Assembly (NCBI GenBank): GCA_965221125.1
Contig: CBDCRW010000003.1
Location: 256,001 to 320,000, forward strand
Direction: 5' to 3'
DNA length: 64,000 nt
Source: Alphaproteobacteria bacterium
Lineage (GTDB): Bacteria; Pseudomonadota; Alphaproteobacteria; UBA828
In this document: positions 19,765 through 28,434 of the stretch, piece after piece
Layout: the number at the start of each line of letters is the position of its first letter
Position numbering within the stretch: the first letter of the stretch is position 1
Position numbers and translations under genes: made by a program
The notes under the pieces: model-generated
Told to the model about the DNA's origin: nothing
Databases searched by the model: none
What the model saw: the letters and a program-made list of their open reading frames with translations, nothing else

Positions 19765-19898
19765 AAGCTGTGGAGCGGTGGGCGCGAGATCGGCGAGTGT
19801 GGTCAGGCGGTGGGCAAGCGCCAGCTTGTCCACGGGCTGTCCACACGGTCCGCAGGACGCCGATCGGTCCGCAGGACGCGTCCACGGCTCCACAGCTT
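19765..19898. repeat. 134-nt nested imperfect inverted repeat in the transposon left end (also 54616-54749)
   Basis: Outer arms AAGCTGTGGAGCGGTGGGCGCG / CGCGTCCACGGCTCCACAGCTT (20 of 22 Watson-Crick); inner pairs GATCGGCG/CGCCGATC, GTGTGG/CCACAC, GTGGGCAAG/CTTGTCCAC. Confidence 0.85.
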
Positions 19899-19987
19899 GG
19901 CGGCGGCGGGGAGCGTCCGTAATCTTGGCCTCTCACTGAACGACAAAGAGAGGCCCGGGGGACGGAACTCCCGCCGGGCCAGGGCCG

Positions 19988-20623
19988 GTGCAGCTTCGCT
20001 ACGAAACGGGGCTCACCAGCGAGGAATACGTTAAGACCGAGGCGTGGCGCGACGCAAGGCTTGAGCGCTGCCCGAATCACCCGCACGGCGGATGTTCTGT
20101 GGCAAGCCACGGCACCTACGAGCGGAAGACCCCGCCCGGCGCAAGGGTTCCTCGCTGGTATTGCCGTGAGAGCCATACGACCATCGGCCTGCTGGCCGAC
20201 TGTCTGGCGGCGCGGCTGCCGGGCACGCTCGATGCGCTGGAAGCGGTTGTTGTCGTGGCGGAGGAGGCCGGCAGCCTGGAGGAGGCAGCGGACGAGGTGC
20301 GCTGCCCCGAGGACGAGGACGCCATCGAGCTTCCCGGCGCCGTGCGTTGGATCCGCCGCAGGCTGAAGCTTGTGCACGACGCGCTTGTGCGCGTCATCGG
20401 CCTGATCCCCGACCTGCTCGCGGGCTGCGCGCCCACCATGAGCGCGGTGCGCGAGCGTCTGAAGAGCGACAGCGCGTTGATGGAACTGCGCGGCCTGGTC
20501 GCCGGGCAGCTCCGGACGCTACCCGCGCCTCTGGGCTTCCAACCCCACGGCATCGACGTGGGGAATCGCAAACCGCAGTTCCAACAACGGGCGGGGCCGG
20601 ACCCGCCGCCGGAGAGTTCGTAG
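19988..20623 (+). CDS. Transposon ORF1, Zn-ribbon/HTH accessory protein (DUF6431-like)
   Basis: GTG start; CPNHPHGGC...HGTYERK...RWYC...H metal-binding pattern; first gene of the element. Confidence 0.65.
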   Translation: MQLRYETGLTSEEYVKTEAWRDARLERCPNHPHGGCSVASHGTYERKTPPGARVPRWYCRESHTTIGLLADCLAARLPGTLDALEAVVVVAEEAGSLEEAADEVRCPEDEDAIELPGAVRWIRRRLKLVHDALVRVIGLIPDLLAGCAPTMSAVRERLKSDSALMELRGLVAGQLRTLPAPLGFQPHGIDVGNRKPQFQQRAGPDPPPESS

Positions 20624-20668
20624 CGTGACGATCCCGGGGCCAGGGAGTCCCTGAACGAGGATCGCACC

Positions 20669-21997
20669 ATGAACAGCTCAGACGACGACCTTCGCCAACA
20701 GATCGCGCTCTTCCGATACGACGTCATCGCCGATCTGGTGCATCTGCCCGTGGGTGCACCGGGTGCCGGCGCGATGATGCGCGCCAAAGCCGAGAAGACC
20801 TACACGATCCCCGGAACCACCAGGACCCGGGTCGCCGCCGAGACCATGCGGCGCTGGATCAAGGACTACCGCTACGGCGGCTTCGACGCGCTCTACCCCA
20901 AGCCCCGCACCGACCGGGGGAAGCCCCGGCGGCTGCCGCCCGAGGTCGCCGAGCGCCTCATCGCGCTGAAGACCGAGAACGACGCATTGTCGGTTCGCGC
21001 CATCATCCAGAAGGTCAAGGAGGAGGGTATCGACCACCCGCTCGCCTCGTCCACCGTGCACCGCCTCTTCAGCCGCGAGGGCCTGTTCGACAAGAAGCCG
21101 CCCGACGGGGCGGATCGCCGCCGCTTCGCCTTCCGGCATGCCGGCGAGATGTGGATGAGCGACGTCATGCACGGACCCAAGGTCCGGCACGGCCGAACCC
21201 GGCGCAAGACCTACCTGATCGCCTTCATCGACGACGCCACCCGCGTCATCCCGTTCGCCGCCTTCGCCATGGCGGAGAACACTGCGGCGTTCCTGCCGGT
21301 GTTCAAGGACGCGCTGATCCGGCGCGGCCTCCCGGCCCGCTTGTACGTCGACAACGGAAGCGCCTACCGCTCCCGTCATCTCTCCCTGGTCTGCGCCAGG
21401 CTCGGCGTTGCGTTGATTCACGCAAGGGCGTTCCAGCCAGCGGGAAAGGGTAAGATCGAGCGCTTCTTCCGCACCCTCCGGGCCGGCTGGCTCCGCCACC
21501 TCGGCGATGACGTCGACAGCCTGGAGGCGCTCAACCGCAGCCTCTGGGCCTGGATCGAGGGGGAGTATCACAACAGCCCGCATCGTGGCCTCGACGAGGG
21601 GCGCACCCCGCTTGAGCAGTGGGCGCTGGCCTCGGCCGGCGTGCGCTATCCCGACGCCACCATGGACCTCGACGATCTGTTCCTCTTCGAGGCCAGGCGC
21701 CGTGTCTACAAGGACCGCACCGTTAGTCTGAACGGCCGCGTCTACGAGGTCGACGCCCTCCTGGTGGGTCAGAACGTCATCCTGCGCTACGACCCGGCCG
21801 CGCCGCCCTCGCGCCCTCTCGACGTGGTCCATGACGGCAAGCCGGCCGGCAAGGCCAGCCCTCTCGACGCCTACGCCAATACCGCCGTCAGGCGCACCTA
21901 CCCGGCCAGGGAGATCGAGGCCGAAGATCCGGCGCCCGAGCCTCCGCCCTCGCCGCTGGCCATGCGCAACCTCAAGGACAAGAAGGAGGACGAGTGA
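20669..21997 (+). CDS. DDE transposase/integrase (rve core, Mu-type C-terminal domain)
   Basis: N-terminal HTH (TMRRWIKDYRYGGFDAL); catalytic WMSD, YVDNGSAY, GKGKIERFF; RRVYKDRTVSLNG...LRYDP. Confidence 0.93.
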   Translation: MNSSDDDLRQQIALFRYDVIADLVHLPVGAPGAGAMMRAKAEKTYTIPGTTRTRVAAETMRRWIKDYRYGGFDALYPKPRTDRGKPRRLPPEVAERLIALKTENDALSVRAIIQKVKEEGIDHPLASSTVHRLFSREGLFDKKPPDGADRRRFAFRHAGEMWMSDVMHGPKVRHGRTRRKTYLIAFIDDATRVIPFAAFAMAENTAAFLPVFKDALIRRGLPARLYVDNGSAYRSRHLSLVCARLGVALIHARAFQPAGKGKIERFFRTLRAGWLRHLGDDVDSLEALNRSLWAWIEGEYHNSPHRGLDEGRTPLEQWALASAGVRYPDATMDLDDLFLFEARRRVYKDRTVSLNGRVYEVDALLVGQNVILRYDPAAPPSRPLDVVHDGKPAGKASPLDAYANTAVRRTYPAREIEAEDPAPEPPPSPLAMRNLKDKKEDE

Positions 21998-22797
21998 TGT
22001 ACCTGCGCCACTTCGCCTTCACCCGCCTGCCCTTCGAGACCCCGGCAGAGACCGACGAGCTGTTCGAGTCCAACGCGCGCCGCGAGGCCGAGGCCAGGCT
22101 CGGCCACCTCATCGACCTGCGCGGCATCGGCCTGCTCACCGGCGAGGTGGGCTCCGGCAAGACCACCGTGTGCCGGCATCTGACCGCGCAGCTTCATCCA
22201 GGCCTCTACCGGGTCCACTACGTCTCGCTGACCACGGGCAACGTGCTCGACATGTACAAGGCGATCGCGTGGGAGATCGGCCTGCCCATCGAGCGCTCCC
22301 GCGCCTCGGCCTATCAGGCCATCCGAAACGAGATCTCCCGCCTCGTCACCGAGGCCAAGCAGCTGCCGGTCCTCGTCATCGACGAGGCCCATCATCTGCG
22401 CAACGACGTCCTTGAGGACCTGCGCCTGCTCACCAACTTCGCCATGGATGCAGAGCAGCGCCTGTGCCTCGTCCTCGTCGGTCTGACCGAGCTCAGGCGC
22501 CGCCTGGCCATGGCCATGCACGAATCCCTCAGCCAGCGCCTCGTCGTCCGCCACCACCTGAGCGGTCTCGACCGCGACGAGGTCGACGCTTACATCAAGC
22601 ACCGCCTCAGGCTCGCGGGATGCGAACTGCCGCTGTTCGAAGAGCCCGCCGTCGAGGCCCTGTTCCAGGGCGCGCGCGGCCTGCCGCGCCAGATCAACCG
22701 CATCGCCCACTACGCGCTCTCCGCCGCCGCTCTCGACGAGGCGAGGACCGTCAGTGCCGACCACCTGCAGCACGCGCTCGAGGAACTGCGGCCATGA
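21994..22797 (+). CDS. ExeA-family AAA+ ATPase (transposition helper, MuB/IstB/TnsC-like role)
   Basis: Walker A GEVGSGKT, Walker B VIDEAH, GLPRQIN; overlaps the transposase stop. Confidence 0.9.
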   Translation: MMYLRHFAFTRLPFETPAETDELFESNARREAEARLGHLIDLRGIGLLTGEVGSGKTTVCRHLTAQLHPGLYRVHYVSLTTGNVLDMYKAIAWEIGLPIERSRASAYQAIRNEISRLVTEAKQLPVLVIDEAHHLRNDVLEDLRLLTNFAMDAEQRLCLVLVGLTELRRRLAMAMHESLSQRLVVRHHLSGLDRDEVDAYIKHRLRLAGCELPLFEEPAVEALFQGARGLPRQINRIAHYALSAAALDEARTVSADHLQHALEELRP

Positions 22798-23834
22798 CCG
22801 GCTTCCCGACCCGCGCCCCGATCGAGCTGGAGGAGCGGCCGCGCGAGCAGCAATGGCTGGTGGACACGCTATGGGGCGAGCAGGCCGTCGGCATCGTCGG
22901 CGGCGAGCCGAAGTGCGGCAAGTCCATCCTGGCGCTGGACCTCGCGGTCGCAGTCGCCGCCGGCGTCCCATGCCTGCGGCACTTCGCCCCGGCCCGGCCT
23001 GGCCCGGTCCTGCTGTTCGCCGCAGAAGACGCCGGCCACCTCGTGCGCAAGCGCCTGCAGGGGATCGCCCGCGCCGCAGGCGCCCGCTTCGAGACCCTCG
23101 ACATCGCCGTCATCGACGTGCCCACACTGCGCCTCGACCATCTCGACGACCGCCGCCGCCTGCAGCAGACCGTGGAGCGCATCGCACCGCGCCTCGTGGT
23201 CCTCGACCCCCTGGTCCGCCTGCACGGCGTGGACGAGAACACGGTTGCGGACGTCGCCCCGATCCTCGGCTTCCTGCGCGACCTGCAACGCCGCTTCGAG
23301 ACCGCCGTCCTCCTCGTCCACCACGCCCGCAAGAGCGGGGCCACGAGGCCGGGGCAGGCCCTGCGGGGCAGCAGTGAGCTGCACGCCTGGGGGGACTCGA
23401 ACCTCTACCTGCGCCGCCGGGACCGGCAGACCCTCATGACCGTCGAGCATCGCGCCGCACGCGGTCTCGACGACATCGAGATCGAGCTCAAGGAAGACGG
23501 AGAGGAGCCCTCCTTCCGGCTGCGCCAGCCGCCCACGGCCGGCGGCGGGGCGCCTCAGCCCGAAACACCCGAATGCCGCGTTCTCAAGGCGCTCGCCGAC
23601 GCCGGGGCGCCGCTCTCGCAACGCCAGATCCGGGAACGCGCCGCGACCCGGCACAAGACCGTCGGCGTAATCTTGCAAAAGCTCGTCCAGGAGGGTCGCG
23701 TCGCGCGCAACGCCGAGGGCGGCTACAGCGTCGTCGCAGGCGCAGCGGACAAGCGGGCGGCGGCCGCCGCCGCCAACGGCAGCAGTCGGCCGCAGGCCCC
23801 GCGGTTCCCGGAGCCCGGTTCCGCCAACGCCTAG
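22794..23834 (+). CDS. AAA_25/RepA-type (SF4, RecA-fold) helicase-like ATPase with C-terminal winged HTH
   Basis: ATGA overlap start at 22794; GGEPKCGKS, VLLFAAED, VVLDPLVRLH, VLLVHHARK, LRGSSEL; C-terminal LSQRQIRE...TVGVILQKLVQEGRV. Confidence 0.82.
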   Translation: MTGFPTRAPIELEERPREQQWLVDTLWGEQAVGIVGGEPKCGKSILALDLAVAVAAGVPCLRHFAPARPGPVLLFAAEDAGHLVRKRLQGIARAAGARFETLDIAVIDVPTLRLDHLDDRRRLQQTVERIAPRLVVLDPLVRLHGVDENTVADVAPILGFLRDLQRRFETAVLLVHHARKSGATRPGQALRGSSELHAWGDSNLYLRRRDRQTLMTVEHRAARGLDDIEIELKEDGEEPSFRLRQPPTAGGGAPQPETPECRVLKALADAGAPLSQRQIRERAATRHKTVGVILQKLVQEGRVARNAEGGYSVVAGAADKRAAAAAANGSSRPQAPRFPEPGSANA

Positions 23835-23864
23835 GGGTTCGAGCCGGAACCGCCGTCGGGAACC
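23803..23864. repeat. Origin-like inverted iteron array at the 3' end of the helicase gene (also 58654-58715)
   Basis: GGTTCCCG(23803), CGGTTCCG(23816), CCTAGG(23830), CGGAACCG(23845), CGGGAACC(23857). Confidence 0.65.
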
Positions 23865-24165
23865 ACCCTTCCCCAACGGTCCGGAAGGCGCTGCGCCTCC
23901 ACCGGGATACTACGTCAGGTGAGCGGCCAGTCCGTGGCCGGAAGCTTGCTTCAGGCCATGGCAGCACTTCGTCGTGTGGACGGTGGCGAGTCACCCGAAG
24001 GGCCGAAGCGAAGCGCAGGAGCGGCGCAGCCGCTTGACGCGCCGACGGCCGCGCGACACCTCGTCAGCTCTCCTCAAGCACCAGTCCAAACCTCAATCAG
24101 ACAGCGACCCCGGACCGCCCGCAGAGACCATGAGCTCCTACGCTTCGATCCGGAAAAGACCGAGC

Positions 24166-24225
24166 AATCTGGGAAATCAGGGCAGCGATCACGTCAAATA
24201 ATCTGGGAGATTCGGCGTCAAATAA
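24166..24225. repeat. Subterminal repeats of the transposon right end (putative transposase-binding sites)
   Basis: AATCTGGGA at 24166 and 24200; CGTCAAATAA at 24192 and 24216; degenerate inverted counterpart GATTTCCCGGGAT at 19681. Confidence 0.7.
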
Positions 24226-24239
24226 CGTGCGAAACAACA

Positions 24240-26629
24240 CCTTCGACACCGATGATGGTGTTTGTCTGTACCGGAACGCGGTCGGAATAGATCATCACGT
24301 AGTCGCCGGACTCGATGCCGCGGGCTGCGGCGTCGTCCGGGTGAAGCTCGATCCAGTTCTCGGGCCAGCGCTGCACGATATACGGGCGGCGGCGGTCGTC
24401 GTAGCCGGACTGCCAGCGCTCGTTGATACGCCCCGAGGTGACCCAGATCTCGTCCTCGCGCGGCTTCATCCACTCCCAGTAGCTGGAGAACAGGCTCCAC
24501 GGCGCCTTCTGCAGGTTGCACTTGCCGGTCTGCGTGTTGAAGTGCGTGAGCTTCTTGTTGAACACCGTGCCGCCGGCGGGGCCGTCCTCCGGGAGTACCC
24601 GGTTCACGTCGTGGAGGCGCTTGGTCTCCTCCAGCGTGCCGTCGGCGCGCATGAGCACCGGGCCCTGGATGCCGTTGGTCCCGAACTCGCGGAGCTTGTC
24701 GTGCAGCGTCTTGCCCTCGCGCTGGGCCGCCACCTTGACCATGAAGAAATCCTTGCGCGAGCCGCGGGAGAAGCGCGCGCCTTCCTCCAGCACCTCGTTG
24801 GAGTCCTTCCAGTCGAAGCCCTCGAAGCCCATCCTCCTGGCGAGTTGGGCAACGATCCACCAGTCGGGCTTCGCGTCGCCGGGCGCGTCGTAGAACTTGG
24901 GATAGAGACGGATGCGCCGCTCGCCGTTGGCGCGGGTGAAGGTCTCCTCGCCCCAGCCGGCCGCGGGGAAGATGATGTCGGCGTAGCGCGCGCCGATGGG
25001 GTCGACCAGGTAGATGTCCTGGTTCCACACCACCATGCCGCCAGAATCGACCCGCCGCTTCAACGTGTCGACGATGTCGGCGGGGTCGAAGCTCTGCACC
25101 TGGTGCGGGTTCTGCGTGGTCAGCTCGTCGAATTTCGCCTGCAGCGACTGCGAGCCGCACATCGCCTGCACCCAGGTCGTGCCGATAACGTGGGCGAGCC
25201 GCGTGTGGCCGCTCATCAGGTAGCGGTCGGTATCGAGCGCCCGGCGCCGGCGACCGGGCAGCTTCTCCGGGCTCTTGTTGCGAGGGTAGCCGCCGCCCCG
25301 CAAGCCCCCGCGCTGGTGCCCGCCGGCGCGGCCGATCACCTGGCCGGGGCGGCCGCCGCAGCCGCAGATGATGCCCAACGAGGAGATGGCGTTGGTGTTG
25401 CCGGTGTTGTTGGACCAGTAGAAGCCCTTCTCGATCATGATCGAGGTCTTGGGCCGGGACCCGTCGGCGCGCGGCTTCGCCATCCACTCGGCGGCGGTGT
25501 AGATCTTCTGGACGTCGATCTGGGCGATCTCGGCCGCCTTCTCCGGCACCGCGTAGTCCTGGGCCAGCAGCCACGCCTTCCAGTCCTCGAAGCCGTCGGT
25601 CTGGAACTTGCCCCAGGTGGTGCGCCACTGCCACGGGGTGTTACGGGTGCCCTGCCCGAAGCCGGACGAGCTCTCCCACTTGTTGTTGACCCAGTCGCGG
25701 ATCCACGCCGAGTCCTCCCACCCGTTCTCGACGATCACGCGGGCGATCGCGAGCACGACGGGCAGGTCGGTACCGGGCTGGATGTCGATCATCATCCCGC
25801 CGTTGGCCTCGGCGTAAGCCACGCCGCCGGTGCGGCGCGGCAGCAAAAAGATCGCGCGCTGCCCGTTCTGGATGCCGGGCATGATCCAGTCGGTGAACAG
25901 GATGGTCTTGGATTCGTAAGGGTCGGTGCCGCACATCAGCAGGACTTCGGCATCGCGCCAGTCCTCGTAGGACGGTCCGAAATTGTCGAAGCCCGCATCG
26001 CGGAAGCCGGGCGTGGACGTCACGTCCGAGGGCGTGTCGTGGAAGGTGAAGTTCGCCGTGCGCACGTTGCGGAGCGCGTACTTGGTGATGGCGTAGGTGT
26101 TCTCCATGTAGCCGTAAGAGAACGTCTTGACGCAGTAGGCGTTGGTGCCGTGCGCATCGAGCACGTGATTGCCCACCTCGGCCGCGATATCGAGCGCGAA
26201 GTCCCACGGCACCGGCATCAGAACGCCGAACATGCGCACCAGCGGCGAGCTCAGCCGGTCGCGCGTCGGCGTCTCCGGGTTGTAGACCTTCTGCGCGATG
26301 GCGCCGCCCCGGATCGAGGAGTTGCCGGAGTAGTTGACGAAGTCGGTGTCCTTGTCCGGGATGATGACGACGTGGTGGGGCTCGCCGTCGTGCAGCACGA
26401 TGTTGTGCTGATTGGGCGCGACCCAGGCGCCCAGAGGCTCGACCGGGAAGTCGGCGTCCAGCGCGTTCTGATCGGCGGTCGGCCCGCCCGTCTTGCCGCC
26501 CCGCACCGGCCAGCGGTAGACCTTGTAGCCGCAGGCGACGATGCAATAGTCGCAGGCGGTCGAGATGACCTCCGCGTCCGGCGGCGGCAGCGGCACGCTC
26601 TCTTCGGGGACGTAGTAGGGAGTGGACAT
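24240..26629 (-). pseudogene. idrA: Molybdopterin oxidoreductase large subunit, AioA/IdrA family (iodate-reductase type), transposon-interrupted; 891 aa when restored
   Basis: TACDYCIVACGY [3Fe-4S] motif, SIRGGAIA, RAGGHQRG, TRANGERRIR, SGRINERWQSGYDD; gene order CcP-CcP-Rieske-Mo subunit. Confidence 0.8.
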
Positions 26630-26641
26630 GCCTCTGCCTCC

Positions 26642-27226
26642 TCAGCCCTGAAGATTGTCGAAGCGGCCGTAGATCAGGCCGAACATGCCGGTGGCGTAGA
26701 TGTCGTCGCCCTCCAGTTCCAGCAGCACTTGCGGCAGCGACTGGTAGGCCTGACCCGAGATGAAGATGCCGTGGCGCACCAGGTCGAAGGTCGTCAGGTG
26801 CAGCGGGCAAGGGCCGAGCGCCTTGTCCTGCGGCTTGTAGGTGCCGTAGAGCGGCCCACCCTGGTGCGTGCAAGTGTAGTTGAAGGCCACCACGTCCCGC
26901 TCGGGCCCGATGCCGCCGCCCGCCTCGGTCCCGAGCTTCACCAGCATCGAGTCCGAGTACTCGCCCCCGTCGGGATAGGTGAAGTCCACCGGCTCGTCGA
27001 CGATCAGCGATGAGAGCCTGGCGATGAATTTCTTCGGATACGTGGACACCACGGCCGGCGTCTCCGCCTGCGCGAGGCCGGGAACGCCGACCATGACCAC
27101 GGCGGTGGTGAGCCCGCCCAGCAGCAGGAAGCTGCGCCGGGTCATCAGGCAGGGCGTGCCGCCGGTCTCCTCGGGGCCGCCGCCGGGGCCGTTCACGGCT
27201 GCAGCGATGCGACTGTCGATCGTCAT
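26642..27226 (-). CDS. idrB: Tat-exported Rieske small subunit (AioB/IdrB family)
   Basis: TRRSFLL Tat signal; CTHQG...CPLH Rieske ligands; GQAYQSLPQ. Confidence 0.8.
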   Translation of the reverse strand: MTIDSRIAAAVNGPGGGPEETGGTPCLMTRRSFLLLGGLTTAVVMVGVPGLAQAETPAVVSTYPKKFIARLSSLIVDEPVDFTYPDGGEYSDSMLVKLGTEAGGGIGPERDVVAFNYTCTHQGGPLYGTYKPQDKALGPCPLHLTTFDLVRHGIFISGQAYQSLPQVLLELEGDDIYATGMFGLIYGRFDNLQG

Positions 27227-27238
27227 GACGCAGGCCTC

Positions 27239-28423
27239 TCAGTCTTGCGCGGCGAGCGGGAGCGGCTCCATCTCGGGCAGCTCCGGCTCTTCCATCAGGA
27301 TTTCCTCCCCCGAGAGGCTCTCGAGGAAGGCCACCAGGTCGTCCATCTCGGCTTCCGAGAGGCCGAGCGGCTGGATCAGGGAGGTCTTTGTTTCTGCGAA
27401 CTCGTTCTCGCCGCCGCCGGCGTTGTAGAACGCGACCACGTCCTCCAGCGTCTCCAGCATGCCGTTGTGCATGTAGGGCGCGGTGTACCTGGTGTAGCGC
27501 AGGCTTGGCGTGCGGAACTTGCCCAGATGCGCCTTCTCCTTGGTGCGGAAGTAGAGGCCGGGGTCGTCCTTGGTGGCACGGTAGAAGGCCTCGGTCGAGC
27601 CCTTGGCGTAGAGCTCGAAGCGGAAGGTGATCTGCGCGTACTCGTCGTCCTCCCAGCCGTCGTAGGGTGGCACGCCGAGGTTGTAGTACTGCTCGTCCGT
27701 GAGCAACGGCCCGTTGTGGCAGGTCGTACAGTTCGCCTTGCCGTCGAAGAGCGCGAGCCCGCGCTTCTGTGCGGCGCTCAGCGCGTTGTCGTCGCCCCGC
27801 ATGTAGCGGTCGAACGGCGTGTCGGTCTGCACCAGCGTGCGCTCGAACGCCGCGATCGCCATGTAGGCGTGGCGGATGTTGGGCCAGTCGTCGCCGAACA
27901 CGCTACGGAAGCGCGCGCGGTATTCCGGCACGAAGGCGAGCCGCGCCTCCATCATGTCGTCCTCGCCGTTGCCGGCGACGGCGCCGCGCGCGGCCGAGCG
28001 CGCCTGCGCCTCCAGGGACCTGGATGCGCCGGCCCAGAAGAGCTTCCCGTAGTAGGCGGAGTTGATGATGGTCTGGCTGTTGCGCCAGTGAATGCTGCCG
28101 GGATAGCCGATGCTGACCGCTGCGGGAACTGACCAGCCGTCCTCCGGCAGATGACAGGCCACGCACGGCATGGAGGCGTTGCCGGAGAGGATCGGGTCGA
28201 AGAACAGCATCTTGCCGAGCTCGACCTTCTCTGCCGACATGGGGTTGTCCGCCGGGATCGGCGGCGGCCCGAGCGGCGCAAGGCTTTCGGGTCGCAGGTC
28301 GCCCGCCACCGCGGGCGCGGCGAAAAGGACCGCCGCCGCGGGCGCGGCGAAGAGAGCCGCCGTCGCGGGCGCGGCGAGCAGGGCTGCGGTGGCGACGGCA
28401 AGCAGGGTGCGGGGCAGGGTCAC
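27239..28423 (-). CDS. Di-haem cytochrome c peroxidase-like protein (IdrP type)
   Basis: GTG start at 28423 with RBS AGGGGA; signal peptide; CVACH and CTTCH; FRTPSLR, APYMHNG. Confidence 0.88.
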   Translation of the reverse strand: MTLPRTLLAVATAALLAAPATAALFAAPAAAVLFAAPAVAGDLRPESLAPLGPPPIPADNPMSAEKVELGKMLFFDPILSGNASMPCVACHLPEDGWSVPAAVSIGYPGSIHWRNSQTIINSAYYGKLFWAGASRSLEAQARSAARGAVAGNGEDDMMEARLAFVPEYRARFRSVFGDDWPNIRHAYMAIAAFERTLVQTDTPFDRYMRGDDNALSAAQKRGLALFDGKANCTTCHNGPLLTDEQYYNLGVPPYDGWEDDEYAQITFRFELYAKGSTEAFYRATKDDPGLYFRTKEKAHLGKFRTPSLRYTRYTAPYMHNGMLETLEDVVAFYNAGGGENEFAETKTSLIQPLGLSEAEMDDLVAFLESLSGEEILMEEPELPEMEPLPLAAQD

Positions 28424-28434
28424 GGCGGCTTCCC

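Larger units (their letters stand above)
19619..24239 (+). mobile_element. 4621-bp four-gene DDE transposon, copy 1 (TGTTGTTT...AAACAACA; 4-bp TSD CCTT)
   Basis: 8-bp perfect terminal IR; CCTT at 19615-19618 and 24240-24243; boundaries defined by identity with copy 2 (offset 34851). Confidence 0.95.

Noticed and set aside
21994-22797. Type II secretion ExeA/GspA
   Set aside because: Only the ATPase domain is present, coupled to a transposase inside a mobile element, and there are no gsp genes.
19619-24239. CAST or Tn7 assignment
   Set aside because: TGT...ACA ends and a DDE plus ATPase pair are present, but there is no TnsA, TniQ/TnsD, Cas gene or CRISPR array.
19611-24247. Palindromic target preference (GTCG-CCTT-CGAC at site 1)
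   Set aside because: Site 2 shows no equivalent symmetry, and two sites are too few.
24240-27226. Canonical arsenite oxidase aioBA
   Set aside because: Two CcP genes, the CDYCIVAC motif, a Rieske without disulfide cysteines and the absence of aioXSR/ars genes favour the Idr clade; phylogeny is still needed.
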